Shown here piece after piece: positions 20,426 to 30,611 of a DNA stretch of 64,000 nucleotides. Source of the stretch: Dehalococcoidia bacterium (GTDB lineage Bacteria > Chloroflexota > Dehalococcoidia > Bin125); the NCBI GenBank assembly GCA_963663235.2, contig CAXXNO010000004.1, positions 448,001-512,000 on the forward strand, in the 5' to 3' direction. Under the pieces are notes generated by a model. It did no database searches. It was not told where the DNA came from and was given only the letters and a program-made list of their open reading frames with translations. Every line of letters begins with the position of its first letter. The stretch's first letter is position 1. A program made the position numbers and the translations under genes.

Positions 20426-21628
20426 GTGGCGGCGGTCGAGCGAAAGGCGGCGATAGTGCAGGTGAAGATCCCCGCCGTCTTCATGCGCGGCGGCACGAGT
20501 AAAGGGATGTTCTTCCGCCGAGAGTGGCTGCCGCAGGATCCGGCAGCGTGGCCCTCCATCTTCCTCGCGGCGCTCGGCAGCCCGGACCCGTACGGGCGCC
20601 AGCTCGACGGCCTGGGTGGTGGGATCTCCTCCCTCTCCAAAGTCGTGGTCGTCGATCGGTCGAGCCGCAGCGATTCCGACATCGAGTACACCTTTGGGCA
20701 GGTGGCGATCGGCGAGCCGGCCGTGGCCTTCCGGACCAACTGCGGGAACCTCACGGCCGCCGTCGGGCCGTTCGCCGTCGACGAGGGGATGATCGCCCCC
20801 GTCGGTGATGGTGCGGTGGTCCGCCTCTACAACACCAACACCGGCAAGCGGGTCACCGCGCGCTTCCCGCTCGATGACGGCCGGGCCGCGGTCGAGGGAG
20901 ACTTTGCGCTTCCAGGCGTCGCCGGGCGAGGCGCGCGGATCCGTCTGGAGTTTCAGGACCCGGGAGGCGCCGTCACCGGCCACCTGCTGCCGACGGGTCA
21001 ACCAGGAGAACGCCTCGCGCTGCCGGGGCACGGCGACGTCGAGGCATCGCTCGTGGATGCGACCACTGCGGTCGTCTTCGTGCGCGCGGACGCGCTCGGG
21101 GCCGGGGGCGCCGAGAGCCCGGAGGCGGTGGAGGCGAACCAGCCGCTGCTCGAGCAACTCGAAGCGGTCCGAGCCGCGGCGGCGGTCCGCATGGGGATCG
21201 CCGCCACTATGGAGGAGGCCTCGCTGCGGTCGCCGAGCAGCCCGATCGTCGCGCTGGTGGCCCCGCCCCGGCGGGCGCGAACGCTCACCGGCGAATGGCT
21301 GGAGGCGGAAGCGATGGACGTGACCGCGCGTATGCTCTCGATGGGCCGGCCGCATCGCGCGCTGCCCCTCACCGGCGCGATGTGTCTGGCGGTTGCCGCG
21401 CGCATCGAGGGGACCGTGGTGCACGCAGTGGTCCGGCCCGGTGAGACGCCGAGCCGCGACCTGCGCATCGCCCATCCCTCCGGCGTGATGCCGCTTGCGG
21501 CGGCGGTTCGGCAGGCCGACGGCTGGACGGCCGACGAGGTCGTCGCTTACCGCACGGCACGACGTCTCATGGAAGGGAGCGTGCTGGTGCCTGCGTCGCG
21601 ACTGGGCCCGCTGGTGGCCGGCGCATGA
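20426..21628 (+). CDS. prpF: PrpF/AcnD-accessory family isomerase
   Basis: FMRGGTSKG, GSPDPYGRQLDGLGGGISSLSK, NCGNL, SMGRPHRALPLTG, HPSG, RTARRLMEG. Confidence 0.88.
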   Translation: MAAVERKAAIVQVKIPAVFMRGGTSKGMFFRREWLPQDPAAWPSIFLAALGSPDPYGRQLDGLGGGISSLSKVVVVDRSSRSDSDIEYTFGQVAIGEPAVAFRTNCGNLTAAVGPFAVDEGMIAPVGDGAVVRLYNTNTGKRVTARFPLDDGRAAVEGDFALPGVAGRGARIRLEFQDPGGAVTGHLLPTGQPGERLALPGHGDVEASLVDATTAVVFVRADALGAGGAESPEAVEANQPLLEQLEAVRAAAAVRMGIAATMEEASLRSPSSPIVALVAPPRRARTLTGEWLEAEAMDVTARMLSMGRPHRALPLTGAMCLAVAARIEGTVVHAVVRPGETPSRDLRIAHPSGVMPLAAAVRQADGWTADEVVAYRTARRLMEGSVLVPASRLGPLVAGA

Positions 21629-22500
21629 GCGCGGAATCGGTGCGAGCGAGCGCGCGGCTGCGAGCGCTCCTGCGCGGTGGGGAGATCCTGGTCGCCCCCG
21701 GCGTGTTCGATGGACTGTCGGCGCGGCTGGTGGAGCGCGCCGGCTTCTCCGCCGTCTACGCGAGCGGCGGCGCGTTCGCGCGCGCCATGGGCTATCCCGA
21801 TCTCGGCCTGCTCAGCATGACCGAAGTGCTTGACCGCTTGGGTCCGATCGTCGACGCGGTGCGGATTCCCGTAATCGCGGATGCGGACACCGGCTACGGC
21901 AATGCGCTGAACGTCCGTCGCACCGTGCAAGCCTTCGAGCGCGCCGGCGTCGCCGGGCTGCACCTGGAAGACCAGAGCTTCCCCAAGCGCTGTGGCCACT
22001 ACGCGAACAAGGCGCTGATCTCGAGCGCCGAAATGGCACAGAAGCTGCGCGCCGCGCGGGAGGCCGCCTCTCACCCGGACCTCGTCCTGATCGCCCGGAC
22101 CGACGCCATCGCCGTCGAGGGGCTGGACGCGGCCATCGAGCGGGCCCTTCGCTACCGCGAGGCGGGCGCCGACCTCTTGTTCGTGGAGGCGCCCGAGAGC
22201 GAGGCGCAGATCGAGGAGATCGGGCGGCGGCTGCCGTTCCCCAAGCTGATCAACCTGTTCCAGGGGAGCAAGACGCCGTTCGTGCCGTTCCCGCGCTTGA
22301 TCGAGCTCGACTACCGCGTGGTGATCATCCCCTCCGATCTCCAACGGGCGGCGATCCACGCAATGGCCGATGTGCTGGAGGCGATCAAGCGCGACGGCAG
22401 CAGCGCCGCGCGCGTCGATCGCATGGTGTCGTTCTCGGAACGCGAGGCGATCGTCGACACCGATGCCTACGAGCGACTCAGCGACCGCTACCGCCCCTGA
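21625..22500 (+). CDS. Isocitrate lyase/PEP mutase family C-C lyase (PrpB-like)
   Basis: DADTGYG, LEDQ..PKRCGH, ARTDA; ATGA overlap with prpF. Confidence 0.9.
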   Translation: MSAESVRASARLRALLRGGEILVAPGVFDGLSARLVERAGFSAVYASGGAFARAMGYPDLGLLSMTEVLDRLGPIVDAVRIPVIADADTGYGNALNVRRTVQAFERAGVAGLHLEDQSFPKRCGHYANKALISSAEMAQKLRAAREAASHPDLVLIARTDAIAVEGLDAAIERALRYREAGADLLFVEAPESEAQIEEIGRRLPFPKLINLFQGSKTPFVPFPRLIELDYRVVIIPSDLQRAAIHAMADVLEAIKRDGSSAARVDRMVSFSEREAIVDTDAYERLSDRYRP

Positions 22501-22531
22501 GGCCCGAGGGGCCGAGACGGTCGTGCGAGAG

Positions 22532-24007
22532 TCAGGCGCCGGCGGCGCTGGCGGCGCCGGCGCCGGCGATGCGGCCGAACACCGCTCCGGACATCAGCCC
22601 GGCCCCACCGGGGTAGTTGGAGTGAAAGAGCCCGCCAACCATCTCACCGCAGGCGTACAGCCCCGGGATGGGCGACGAATCCGCGCCGAGCACCTGCGCC
22701 TGCTCGTTCACGTGGACGCCGCCGAACGTAAACGTGATGCCCCCCGTCACCGCATACACGCGGAACGGCGGCGTATCGATGCGCTGCGCCCAGTTGCTCT
22801 TCGGTGGCTGGAGGCCCTCGGTCGAGAGACCGTCCCGGACCGTCGGATCGAACGGCCTCTGACTCGCGACCGCGGCGTTGTAGGCGGACAGGGTGCTGAG
22901 GAAGGCCTCTCGGTCGACCGGCAGCTGTTCGGCCAGCGCCTCCAGCGTTTCACCGACGATCGGGGTGCTGGTTGCGTACCTCGGCTCCAGGAGGTCCGTC
23001 ACCTTGGCATCGAAGATCTGGAAAGCGAGCTGGCCGGGCTGATGCAAGATGGCTCCACCCATCTTGGCGTAGGTGAGGAACTGGAAGTCCTCGCCCTCAT
23101 CGACGAAGCGCAGCCCCTGCGTGTTCACGAGGATGCCGAACGGGTAGGAGAGGCGGTTGGTCTTGTCCGTCCGCTTCCGATCGCCGAACTCGGGTGAGTC
23201 CGCGGCGATCGGGGTGCCGTGGCAGCCGTTCCACTGGCCGTGCCGAGTGGCGCCAGCCTCGATCGCCATGCGCAGCCCATCGCCGGTGTTGAACCGCGTG
23301 CCACGCACCTTGGCCTGCTCCCAGGCTCCTTTGAGGTGGAGGGCTCGCCACGCGCGGTTCGCCTCGAAGCCGCCGCAGGCGAGCACGATGGCTCGGGCTC
23401 GGACCACCTGCTCGCCCGCGGAGTCACGAATCTCGACGCCGTTCACGCGGCCGTCTGCCTGCAGCAGGCGCTGGGCGGCGGCCGCGTAGCGGATCTCGCA
23501 GCCCTTCCGCTCGGCGATTGCGAACCACATCCGTGAGAGACCCACGCCCTCACCGACGGCGCGGATGACCGCGCCACCCGGCCACTTGATGCGGCCATCG
23601 AACTGGATGGCGGCCAGGGACACTGCCCCCTCCATGCGGATGCCCTGATCGGCCATCCAACACGCCGTCTCGTACGACCTGGAGATGAGGACCTGGGACA
23701 GCCGGGGGTCGGTTTGCCCTTGCGTGACATCGTCCAACTCCCGCCGGAACGCCTCCGCGGGATAGGGCTTGATCGACGAGAGGAAGCCGGGAGCCTGCGT
23801 CTCGACGTCCGGGGCGAGTCGCAAGAGATCCTGCGGCCGGTCGAAGGCGAAGCGAAGAAGCGCCCCGCTGTAGTGCGTGTTGCCGCCGCGCACCGCCAGC
23901 GGCGCCTTCTCCAGCACGAGCACGCGCTCGGCGCCCTCATTGCGCGCCGAGACGGCCGCGGCCAACGCGGCGTTGCCGGCTCCGACCACGATGACGTCGT
24001 AGTCCAT
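22532..24007 (-). CDS. tcuA: FAD-dependent tricarballylate dehydrogenase TcuA-like protein
   Basis: GAGNAA, RGGNT, GGFEAN, RFVDEG, GITFTFGG, GLYACGEMVGG, NYPGGAGL. Confidence 0.8.
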   Translation of the reverse strand: MDYDVIVVGAGNAALAAAVSARNEGAERVLVLEKAPLAVRGGNTHYSGALLRFAFDRPQDLLRLAPDVETQAPGFLSSIKPYPAEAFRRELDDVTQGQTDPRLSQVLISRSYETACWMADQGIRMEGAVSLAAIQFDGRIKWPGGAVIRAVGEGVGLSRMWFAIAERKGCEIRYAAAAQRLLQADGRVNGVEIRDSAGEQVVRARAIVLACGGFEANRAWRALHLKGAWEQAKVRGTRFNTGDGLRMAIEAGATRHGQWNGCHGTPIAADSPEFGDRKRTDKTNRLSYPFGILVNTQGLRFVDEGEDFQFLTYAKMGGAILHQPGQLAFQIFDAKVTDLLEPRYATSTPIVGETLEALAEQLPVDREAFLSTLSAYNAAVASQRPFDPTVRDGLSTEGLQPPKSNWAQRIDTPPFRVYAVTGGITFTFGGVHVNEQAQVLGADSSPIPGLYACGEMVGGLFHSNYPGGAGLMSGAVFGRIAGAGAASAAGA

Positions 24008-24087
24008 CCGCTGATTCTCGCACGGCCCGGGTCGCGGCTTGGGCGCCGCTCCGCGCACCGGAGCCGCCACGCCGCCGCGCCTCGGCG

Positions 24088-24882
24088 CTATCGACCCCGG
24101 AACACGGGCTTGCGCTTCTCCAAGAACGCTCGCTGTCCTTCGCGGTAGTCGTCGCTGGCGAAGCAGTCCGCGACCAGGCGCTCGATGAGGGCGTAATCGC
24201 GGTCCGCCTTCTCCTTCAGCGCCTCTCGGATGGCAACGCGAATGAGGTTGATCGTCAGCGGCGCATTGTCGGCGATCGTCGACGCGAGGTCGCGAACGGT
24301 GGCCTCCAACTCGGCCGCCGGGACGACGCGGTCGATCAACCCCATCCGCAGCGCATCGGCCGCATCGAAGCGCCGGCCGGTGAGGAGGATCTCCCGGGTG
24401 TGGGCCGGCCCCACCAGGTCGATGAGCGCCTTCACCCCGGCCAAGCCGTAGCCGAGGCCGAGCCGCGCCGCGGGGACGCCGAAGTACGCATCCTCGGACG
24501 CGATGCGGAGATCGGCTTGCATCGCCGTGAGCATCCCGCCGCCCATGCAGGACCCCCGGATCATCGCGATCAGCGGCTTGCCGAGCGCCGCGTAGCTCGC
24601 GGCCGCCTCCGCCATGAGCCGGTCGTAGGCCTTGATCGCCTCCGGCGAAGAGCGCCGCTCCTGGAACTCCGAGATGTCTGCACCGGAGACGAACGCCCGA
24701 TCGCCCGCGCCCGCCATGACGACGATGCGGACGGCCCCATCCCGCGCGAACTCACCGAGGATCTGCGGGATCGCCTCCTGCATCTCCATGGAGAGGGCGT
24801 TTCGGCGCTGCGGATTATTGAAGATCATCCAGGCGATGGCGCCCTCGCTCCGGGCGATCATCTTGTCAGTGCTGAGCTGCAT
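24088..24882 (-). CDS. Enoyl-CoA hydratase/isomerase
   Basis: AFVSGADISEF, CMGGG, DYREGQRAFLEKRKPVF. Confidence 0.92.
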   Translation of the reverse strand: MQLSTDKMIARSEGAIAWMIFNNPQRRNALSMEMQEAIPQILGEFARDGAVRIVVMAGAGDRAFVSGADISEFQERRSSPEAIKAYDRLMAEAAASYAALGKPLIAMIRGSCMGGGMLTAMQADLRIASEDAYFGVPAARLGLGYGLAGVKALIDLVGPAHTREILLTGRRFDAADALRMGLIDRVVPAAELEATVRDLASTIADNAPLTINLIRVAIREALKEKADRDYALIERLVADCFASDDYREGQRAFLEKRKPVFRGR

Positions 24883-24963
24883 GGTCGTTCGCTTCCGTTC
24901 GGGCGCATTGAAGGCCGACTGGCACGGCTTGTCCCTGCCTCACGCCGCCCCGCGGCCCGCCCC

Positions 24964-25731
24964 TCAACCGGGAGCCATTCGGATGGCGGCGTCCAGGCGG
25001 ATCACGGTGCCGTTGAGATAGCGATTCTCGATGATCTGCCGGGCGAGCTGCGCGAACTCGTCCGGCTGGCCGAGCCGCCGCGGGTAGGGCACGGATTCGC
25101 CCAGGGATTCTCGGACGTCGCCGGGCAACCCGGCCAGCAGCGGCGTGTCGAACAGGCCGGGGGCGATGGTGACCACCCGGATCCCGTGGCGGGCGAACTC
25201 GCGGGCGATGGGGAGGGTCATCCCCACGATGCCGCCTTTCGATGCCGAATAGCCTGCCTGCCCGATCTGCCCTTCGAAGGCGGCGACGGAGGCGGTGTTG
25301 ATGATGACGCCGCGCTCGCCCTCGGCCCCGGCCTGGTTCTGCGCCATGGTGGCGGCGGCGAGCCGGATCACGTTGAATGTCCCGATGAGGTTGACGTGCA
25401 CGATCTTGGTGAACCACTCCAGATCGACGGGGCCTTCCCGGCCCAGGACGCGATTCGACCCTCCGATCCCGGCGCAATTGAGGGTGATGTCAATCTTGCC
25501 GAAGCGCTCCACGGTGTCGGCGACCGCGCGCTCGACCTGCTGCGGATCGGTGACGTCCGCCCGCGAATAGTGCGCGGCGTCTCCCAACGAGCGCGCCAGC
25601 GCCTCTCCCTTTTCGTCGTCGATATCAACGAGGCCCGCCGTCGCGCCCGCGTCGACCAGCATGCGAGCCGTCGCGGCCCCCAAACCGGAGCCGCCTCCGG
25701 CGATGAGGGCGGTCTTTCCGCGTAGTTCCAT
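24964..25731 (-). CDS. 3-hydroxyacyl-CoA dehydrogenase type II (SDR)
   Basis: [40 protein letters not shown]. Confidence 0.92.
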   Translation of the reverse strand: MELRGKTALIAGGGSGLGAATARMLVDAGATAGLVDIDDEKGEALARSLGDAAHYSRADVTDPQQVERAVADTVERFGKIDITLNCAGIGGSNRVLGREGPVDLEWFTKIVHVNLIGTFNVIRLAAATMAQNQAGAEGERGVIINTASVAAFEGQIGQAGYSASKGGIVGMTLPIAREFARHGIRVVTIAPGLFDTPLLAGLPGDVRESLGESVPYPRRLGQPDEFAQLARQIIENRYLNGTVIRLDAAIRMAPG

Positions 25732-26095
25732 GAGCCTTCTCCGTCTCAGATTGCTCCCACCGACCGCCGGCGGGACCGCACATCGCAGGGGAAATGTAGG
25801 CGGGGTTGGGGCTGAGATCGAACCGGGTGGTGATGCAAACCCGTTTGTGGGGCGCCAAAACTCCATCTGTTCTGGTGTCGAAGGCTGATGAGGCGCACTC
25901 CGACATTCGATCACGCCGAAAACAGAACGGATGTGTTACTCATGCCCCCCAGGTGATGGACACGCGTGGCGTCATGGTCTGCGCGGGACTGCTCCTATGC
26001 GCCCGCACCGGCCGTCGCCACCGCCCGCGTTGACGGCCGCCGAGCCTGACGACTAGCCTCCGTGTTCCTCCGGGACGGCGAAAGGAGGCCAATCG

Positions 26096-27115
26096 ATGGA
26101 AATTGGCACGTCCATGAACTCCCACGGGGCGATGTTTCGCAGCGAGACGGAGGTCTGGCTGGAATCGCTTCCGCCGCAGGATTTCGAGCCGGTGCGGCTT
26201 GCCCGCCTCGCCGAACGGGTGGGCTTCCATTCGCTCTGGTTCCCGGACCACGTCACCTTGCCGTTGAAAACGACCAACGTGAAGGTCGCCAACCCCGAGA
26301 CGGGCAAGCGCCACTACCCGGAGAAACCGGAGATGTTCGACGCCCTGACCACCATGGCCGCCGTCGCGGTGACCACGGAGCGGATCAAGCTGGCCACCTC
26401 CGTGCTGATCTCGCCCTACCGCCCGCCGCTCCACGATGCCCGCCAGTTCGCCACCCTCGACTGGCTCTCGAACGGGCGGCTGATTGCGGGCGTGGGCGCC
26501 GGCTGGGCCAAGGAGGAGTTCGAAGCGCTCGGCCTGCCGTATGACCGACGGGGCGACATGACCGACGAATGCATCGAGGTCTACAAGCGCGCCTGGACGG
26601 ACGACGTCGTTGCCTTCCACGGCGAGTTCTACGACTTCGCGAACCTCTCCATGGACCCCAAGCCGCTGCAGAAGCCCTGGCCGCCCATCGTCTTCGGCGG
26701 CCAGTCCATGGCCGGCGCCCGCCGGGCCGCGCGACTCTGCGACGGCTTCTACCCGCTCTTCGTGCACCCCCGGGCACGACCGCACGAGATCGATCACTTC
26801 CAGGACGAGATTCGCCGCGAAGCGGAACGCGTGGGCCGGGACCTCTCCGATTTCATGATGATCGGGGGCGTGGGCGTGCGCATCACGGACGCCGATGATC
26901 CGCACCTGAAGCGCAAGGTGCGTCCGATCTGCGAGGGCACGCCGGAGATGATCCTCTCGGACCTAGAGGAGTTCGCCGAGGCCGGATACTCCTTGATGGT
27001 GGTGAACCAGGATTGCCAGACCAGCACCGCCGCCGAGCTGTTCGAGCGCACGGAGCAGTTCGGGCAGGAGATCCTCCCGATCGCCAAGGAGTTCAAGCCG
27101 GGCGGTGAGTGGTAG
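26096..27115 (+). CDS. LLM-class (probably F420-dependent) oxidoreductase
   Basis: GFHSLWFPDHV, ATLDWLSNGRL, GAGWAKEEF, PKPLQKP. Confidence 0.9.
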   Translation: MEIGTSMNSHGAMFRSETEVWLESLPPQDFEPVRLARLAERVGFHSLWFPDHVTLPLKTTNVKVANPETGKRHYPEKPEMFDALTTMAAVAVTTERIKLATSVLISPYRPPLHDARQFATLDWLSNGRLIAGVGAGWAKEEFEALGLPYDRRGDMTDECIEVYKRAWTDDVVAFHGEFYDFANLSMDPKPLQKPWPPIVFGGQSMAGARRAARLCDGFYPLFVHPRARPHEIDHFQDEIRREAERVGRDLSDFMMIGGVGVRITDADDPHLKRKVRPICEGTPEMILSDLEEFAEAGYSLMVVNQDCQTSTAAELFERTEQFGQEILPIAKEFKPGGEW

Positions 27116-27175
27116 CCGGTGCCGTAGGCACGTACTCGTCAGCCGGCAAGCCAACCCAGCGAACGGACTGCACGT

Positions 27176-28000
27176 CTACCGGTCGTGCCCGAGGCCCCAT
27201 GCAATCGCGTTCCGCAACAACTGCTGATACGCGTCGGACTCCCACGGTCCGCGGACGACGGTCGAGGGCTTGCCCGATGGGCTCACACTGGCGTCCACCA
27301 GCGTGTGGTTGTCGCTCGTTGCGGAGTGGCAATGGCCGAGCGCGACATACGTCACGCCGCCGTCTCCAACCGCGAGGGTGTAGCCCAGCACACGGGTCTT
27401 GCCATCCGGCAGGAGGGCCGTGTCTTTGTCGTACTCGAAACCGAACCCCGGCGGCGACGTATCCTTGCCGATTTCCGCCGTTAAGAGCACGTGCGTTGTC
27501 GACGGTTGCTGCAGCTCGATCATGTACGGTTCGTCGATCACTTCGAAGAATTCGGGCAAGTCTTTGGTTAAGAAATGTTCGCGCTCGGCGACATCGACCT
27601 GGAACTTGCGCATCGGCGGATGATTGATGAAGAAGCCTCCCAGTGTCTCGTGGTGGCCGGTCTTCACCATCGTGCGGCGCCGGCCGCCGTCTCCGACCCG
27701 ACTGGCCCGCCCGCCGCTGGTGCCGTGCAGCCCCACCCAGCGGCCGCCGGCCGCGAGCCAGCCCCGCACGAAGCGGTTCTGCTCGTCGTTCAGGTAGGGG
27801 CCGGCGACGTAGGTGATCAGAGCCTGGGCGCCGGGTAACCACCGCTCGACGTCGGTAAAGTCGTTCGCCGTGGTGGTGAGCGCGTCCTGCTCCTCCTGGA
27901 GCAGTTCTAGGATCCGCAGGCGGGCGTAGTCCGTGTCGTGCCCCGCCGTCGAACCTGGGGGGAACCCCCCTGCGATGACGTGTACCCGAGCGGCGTTCAT
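27176..28000 (-). CDS. ThuA-like (class I GATase fold) protein
   Basis: GGRWVGLHG, LGGFFINHPP, DEPY, GVTYVALGH, LLRNAIAWG. Confidence 0.8.
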   Translation of the reverse strand: MNAARVHVIAGGFPPGSTAGHDTDYARLRILELLQEEQDALTTTANDFTDVERWLPGAQALITYVAGPYLNDEQNRFVRGWLAAGGRWVGLHGTSGGRASRVGDGGRRRTMVKTGHHETLGGFFINHPPMRKFQVDVAEREHFLTKDLPEFFEVIDEPYMIELQQPSTTHVLLTAEIGKDTSPPGFGFEYDKDTALLPDGKTRVLGYTLAVGDGGVTYVALGHCHSATSDNHTLVDASVSPSGKPSTVVRGPWESDAYQQLLRNAIAWGLGHDR

Positions 28001-28424
28001 CTGCGATCCCTCCCGGCTGCGCTACGAGGCCGGTCTCTGCGCGTGCGTGCAGAGTGGTTCTGAGGCGTCCCAAACCTATCCGCCCGCGTCGCGCTTGGGA
28101 AGGCCTGCTGCACCGCTCTCGGCGGGGGCCGCCTCGACAGCGGCGAGGTCCCTCACGCCTCTTCCGGCGTTCTGCGAGCTTCGGGCGAAACGCGACCACG
28201 AAAGGACGAAGCGACCAGTGCGTACGGAGCTTTTGGCGTTCCTTCTTGCAGGCCTGTTGGCGCTGTCCGCGGCGGGCACGGCCTGCGCTGAGCGGCGCGA
28301 TTACACCTGTCCCTCAAAGGGGGCTAGCGACCGCGGCCGGCCCGCCTTTCCCGCGAGGATGGCGAGTGTTAGGTTTCCTCTCTCATGAGTTCCGACGGTC
28401 TAGGGTGCAGAGGAAGGATAATCA

Positions 28425-28925
28425 ATGGCTACGGTCGAGCAGCGGCTTCAACGGTTGGAGGACATCGAGGAGATCCGCACGCTTAAGCAGAAGTACGCGA
28501 AGCTGTGTGACACGGGTCTCGTCGAACCCGGTCTCTCCGAACTGTTCACCAAGGATGCGCACTGGGACGCCGACGAGCTGGGCTTCCAGCTCAAAGGGAA
28601 GGCCGACGCGCAGGGCGTCCACCTCAAAGGGACGAAGGAGATCCACGCCTTCTTCGACGACGTCTCCTCAAGCTTCTCGTTCGCGTTGCACTACACGCTG
28701 GGACACATCATCGACGTGGACGACAACGGCGTCGACGCGAAGGGCACCTGGTACATCTGGATGCCGGCGACGGTGAGCGACTCCGCCACCTTCTTCGCGG
28801 CCACCTACGAGGACACCTACAAGAAGGTCAGTGGCACGTGGAAGTGCGACTCGGTGCGCATCCACCTGGGCTTCTTCACCCGCTACGAGAACGGCTGGGC
28901 CAAGGAGCGCGTGGCGGAGCTCTAG
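28425..28925 (+). CDS. SnoaL-like/NTF2 family protein (BaiE/LinA-like)
   Basis: RLQRLEDIEEIRTLKQKYAKLCD, LFTKDA, YEDTY...WK. Confidence 0.85.
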   Translation: MATVEQRLQRLEDIEEIRTLKQKYAKLCDTGLVEPGLSELFTKDAHWDADELGFQLKGKADAQGVHLKGTKEIHAFFDDVSSSFSFALHYTLGHIIDVDDNGVDAKGTWYIWMPATVSDSATFFAATYEDTYKKVSGTWKCDSVRIHLGFFTRYENGWAKERVAEL

Positions 28926-28932
28926 TCACCCG

Positions 28933-29154
28933 CTCCTGGGGACGCGCGGCCTCTTCGGCTTCCTGCTTGGGGATTCCGATGACCACGCGCTGGAAAAGAA
29001 CAAGGCAAAGGAGAACGGCGGAGACGGGTTTGCGACCGTGGGGACCTCAAGCCTCACCATCTTCACCAAGAACGCGTCCGAGAAGAACGATGGCTTCGGC
29101 TACTCGGACGGCACGCGCGGATCCAAGCCCTGCGGGCCGCGGCCGAACAGGTGA
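28933..29154 (+). pseudogene. Fragment of a right-handed parallel beta-helix protein
   Basis: FGFLLGDSDDHALEKNKAKENGGDGF...IFTKNASEKNDGFGY gives two N.A..N..GF turns; no start codon. Confidence 0.5.
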
Positions 29155-29344
29155 TATCGCTGCTTCCGTAGTGGACCCGCACGGAACGTCGCGCGGTTCG
29201 GCCGTTCGACAAACGGAGCCCGGCGCGATGTGCGCATCGTGTGCGGTGCGCCGCCCGCCGCTTAGCAGCGGACATCGCTCCTTCTGCGGACGCGGGAAGT
29301 CAAACGCCCGCCCGGTTTGACACCGCGGTGCAGCGCACTATGCT

Positions 29345-29460
29345 GCGCTCACTGCTGCGTGGTGTTCGGGGAAGTCCGGTGTAAATCCGGCGCTGTCCCG
29401 CAACTGTGAGTTCCCGATCCGAAGGGGTGGGGGACGAGCCAGAGCACCGGCCCACGCGAC
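29345..29460 (+). ncRNA. Cobalamin riboswitch
   Basis: GGGAAGTCCGGTGTAAATCCGGCGCTGTCCCGCAACTGTGA...GAGCCAGAGCAC (B12 box), upstream of btuFCD. Confidence 0.92.
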
Positions 29461-29597
29461 GTGTCGACCTGCGAGGACAGGCAGCGACGTGGTTCTTCCC
29501 CGTCACCCGCCTGCCCCCTCGTATTCGGAGGGGGTTTTCACGCCCGCGAAATGCGGCGCGCGTGAAGACCTCGTCCGAGGCTGAGGAGGCGGATGCC

Positions 29598-30608
29598 ATG
29601 CCAACCCGGATGAAGAAGCACCGCGTGTTGTGGGCAGCAATCTTGCTCGCGGCAATCGTCGCGGCGGCGTGCTCCGGATCCGATGACCGCCCCAGTCAGC
29701 CCGCAACGATCGCAACGGACTCCGCCGGGCAGGAGGCGACGACACAAGAAGCAGCCGACCTTGAGCCCGATCAAGATGCGGGGCCATTTCCCTTGACGGT
29801 GACCGACTCAAGTGGCGCCGACGTCATCTTTGAGGCGGCGCCCGAGCGCATCATCTCGTACTCGGCGGGCTCCACCGAGATTCTGTACGCCGTGGGCGCC
29901 CAAGATCAGATTATCGCCGTGGATCGCTTTTCCGACTTTCCAGCCGCGACAGCCGACCTTGCTAAATTGGAGTACAGCAGTCCCGACCCCGAAGCCGCCC
30001 TCGATCTGAGACCCGATCTCGTCATCATGGTCACGCGCCAGGAGGAACAGGTCGCGCAGTATCGCGACCTCGGAATGCGGGTGTTCTTCCTCCGCGAAGC
30101 CGACTCGCTGGAGGGCGTGATCGAGAGCATCATGGAGATTGGCGCGATTACCGGGCACCCGAGCGAGGCGGAAACGCTCGTTCACGACCTCCGCGCTCGG
30201 ATCGACGCGGTCGCAGCCGCGCTGGCCGACGCCACGGAGGGGCCGCGGGTGTTCTTCGAAGTCACTGCCGATCTCTATACGGCAGCCCCGGCCACCTTCA
30301 TCGGAGCGATGCTCTCGCTGCTCAAAGCTCACAACATCGCCGCCGGTGCGGAGACCGCCTTTCCCCAACTCGGTGCGGAGGCCGTGGTTGCCGCCGACCC
30401 TGAAGTGATCTTGCTTTCCGACGCCCGACACGGCGAGAGTCTGGCGACCGTCCGCGATCGCCCCGGATGGAGCGGGATATCCGCCGTCGTCAACGAGCGC
30501 GTGCACCCCATCAACCCTGACATCGTCAACCGTCCCGGACCGCGCATCGTGGAAGGCTTGGAAACCATGGCGATGCTGCTGTATCCGGACCGGTTCGGAG
30601 GGGAGTGA
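29598..30608 (+). CDS. btuF: Corrinoid ABC transporter substrate-binding lipoprotein
   Basis: Lipobox AAAC; PERIIS, TEILYAVG, RPGPRIVEGLE; riboswitch context. Confidence 0.88.
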   Translation: MPTRMKKHRVLWAAILLAAIVAAACSGSDDRPSQPATIATDSAGQEATTQEAADLEPDQDAGPFPLTVTDSSGADVIFEAAPERIISYSAGSTEILYAVGAQDQIIAVDRFSDFPAATADLAKLEYSSPDPEAALDLRPDLVIMVTRQEEQVAQYRDLGMRVFFLREADSLEGVIESIMEIGAITGHPSEAETLVHDLRARIDAVAAALADATEGPRVFFEVTADLYTAAPATFIGAMLSLLKAHNIAAGAETAFPQLGAEAVVAADPEVILLSDARHGESLATVRDRPGWSGISAVVNERVHPINPDIVNRPGPRIVEGLETMAMLLYPDRFGGE

Positions 30609-30611
30609 CCG

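Noticed and set aside
28218-28320. Signal-peptide-like stretch (RTELLAFLLAGLLALSAAGTAC)
   Set aside because: No credible mature protein follows; at most a relic.
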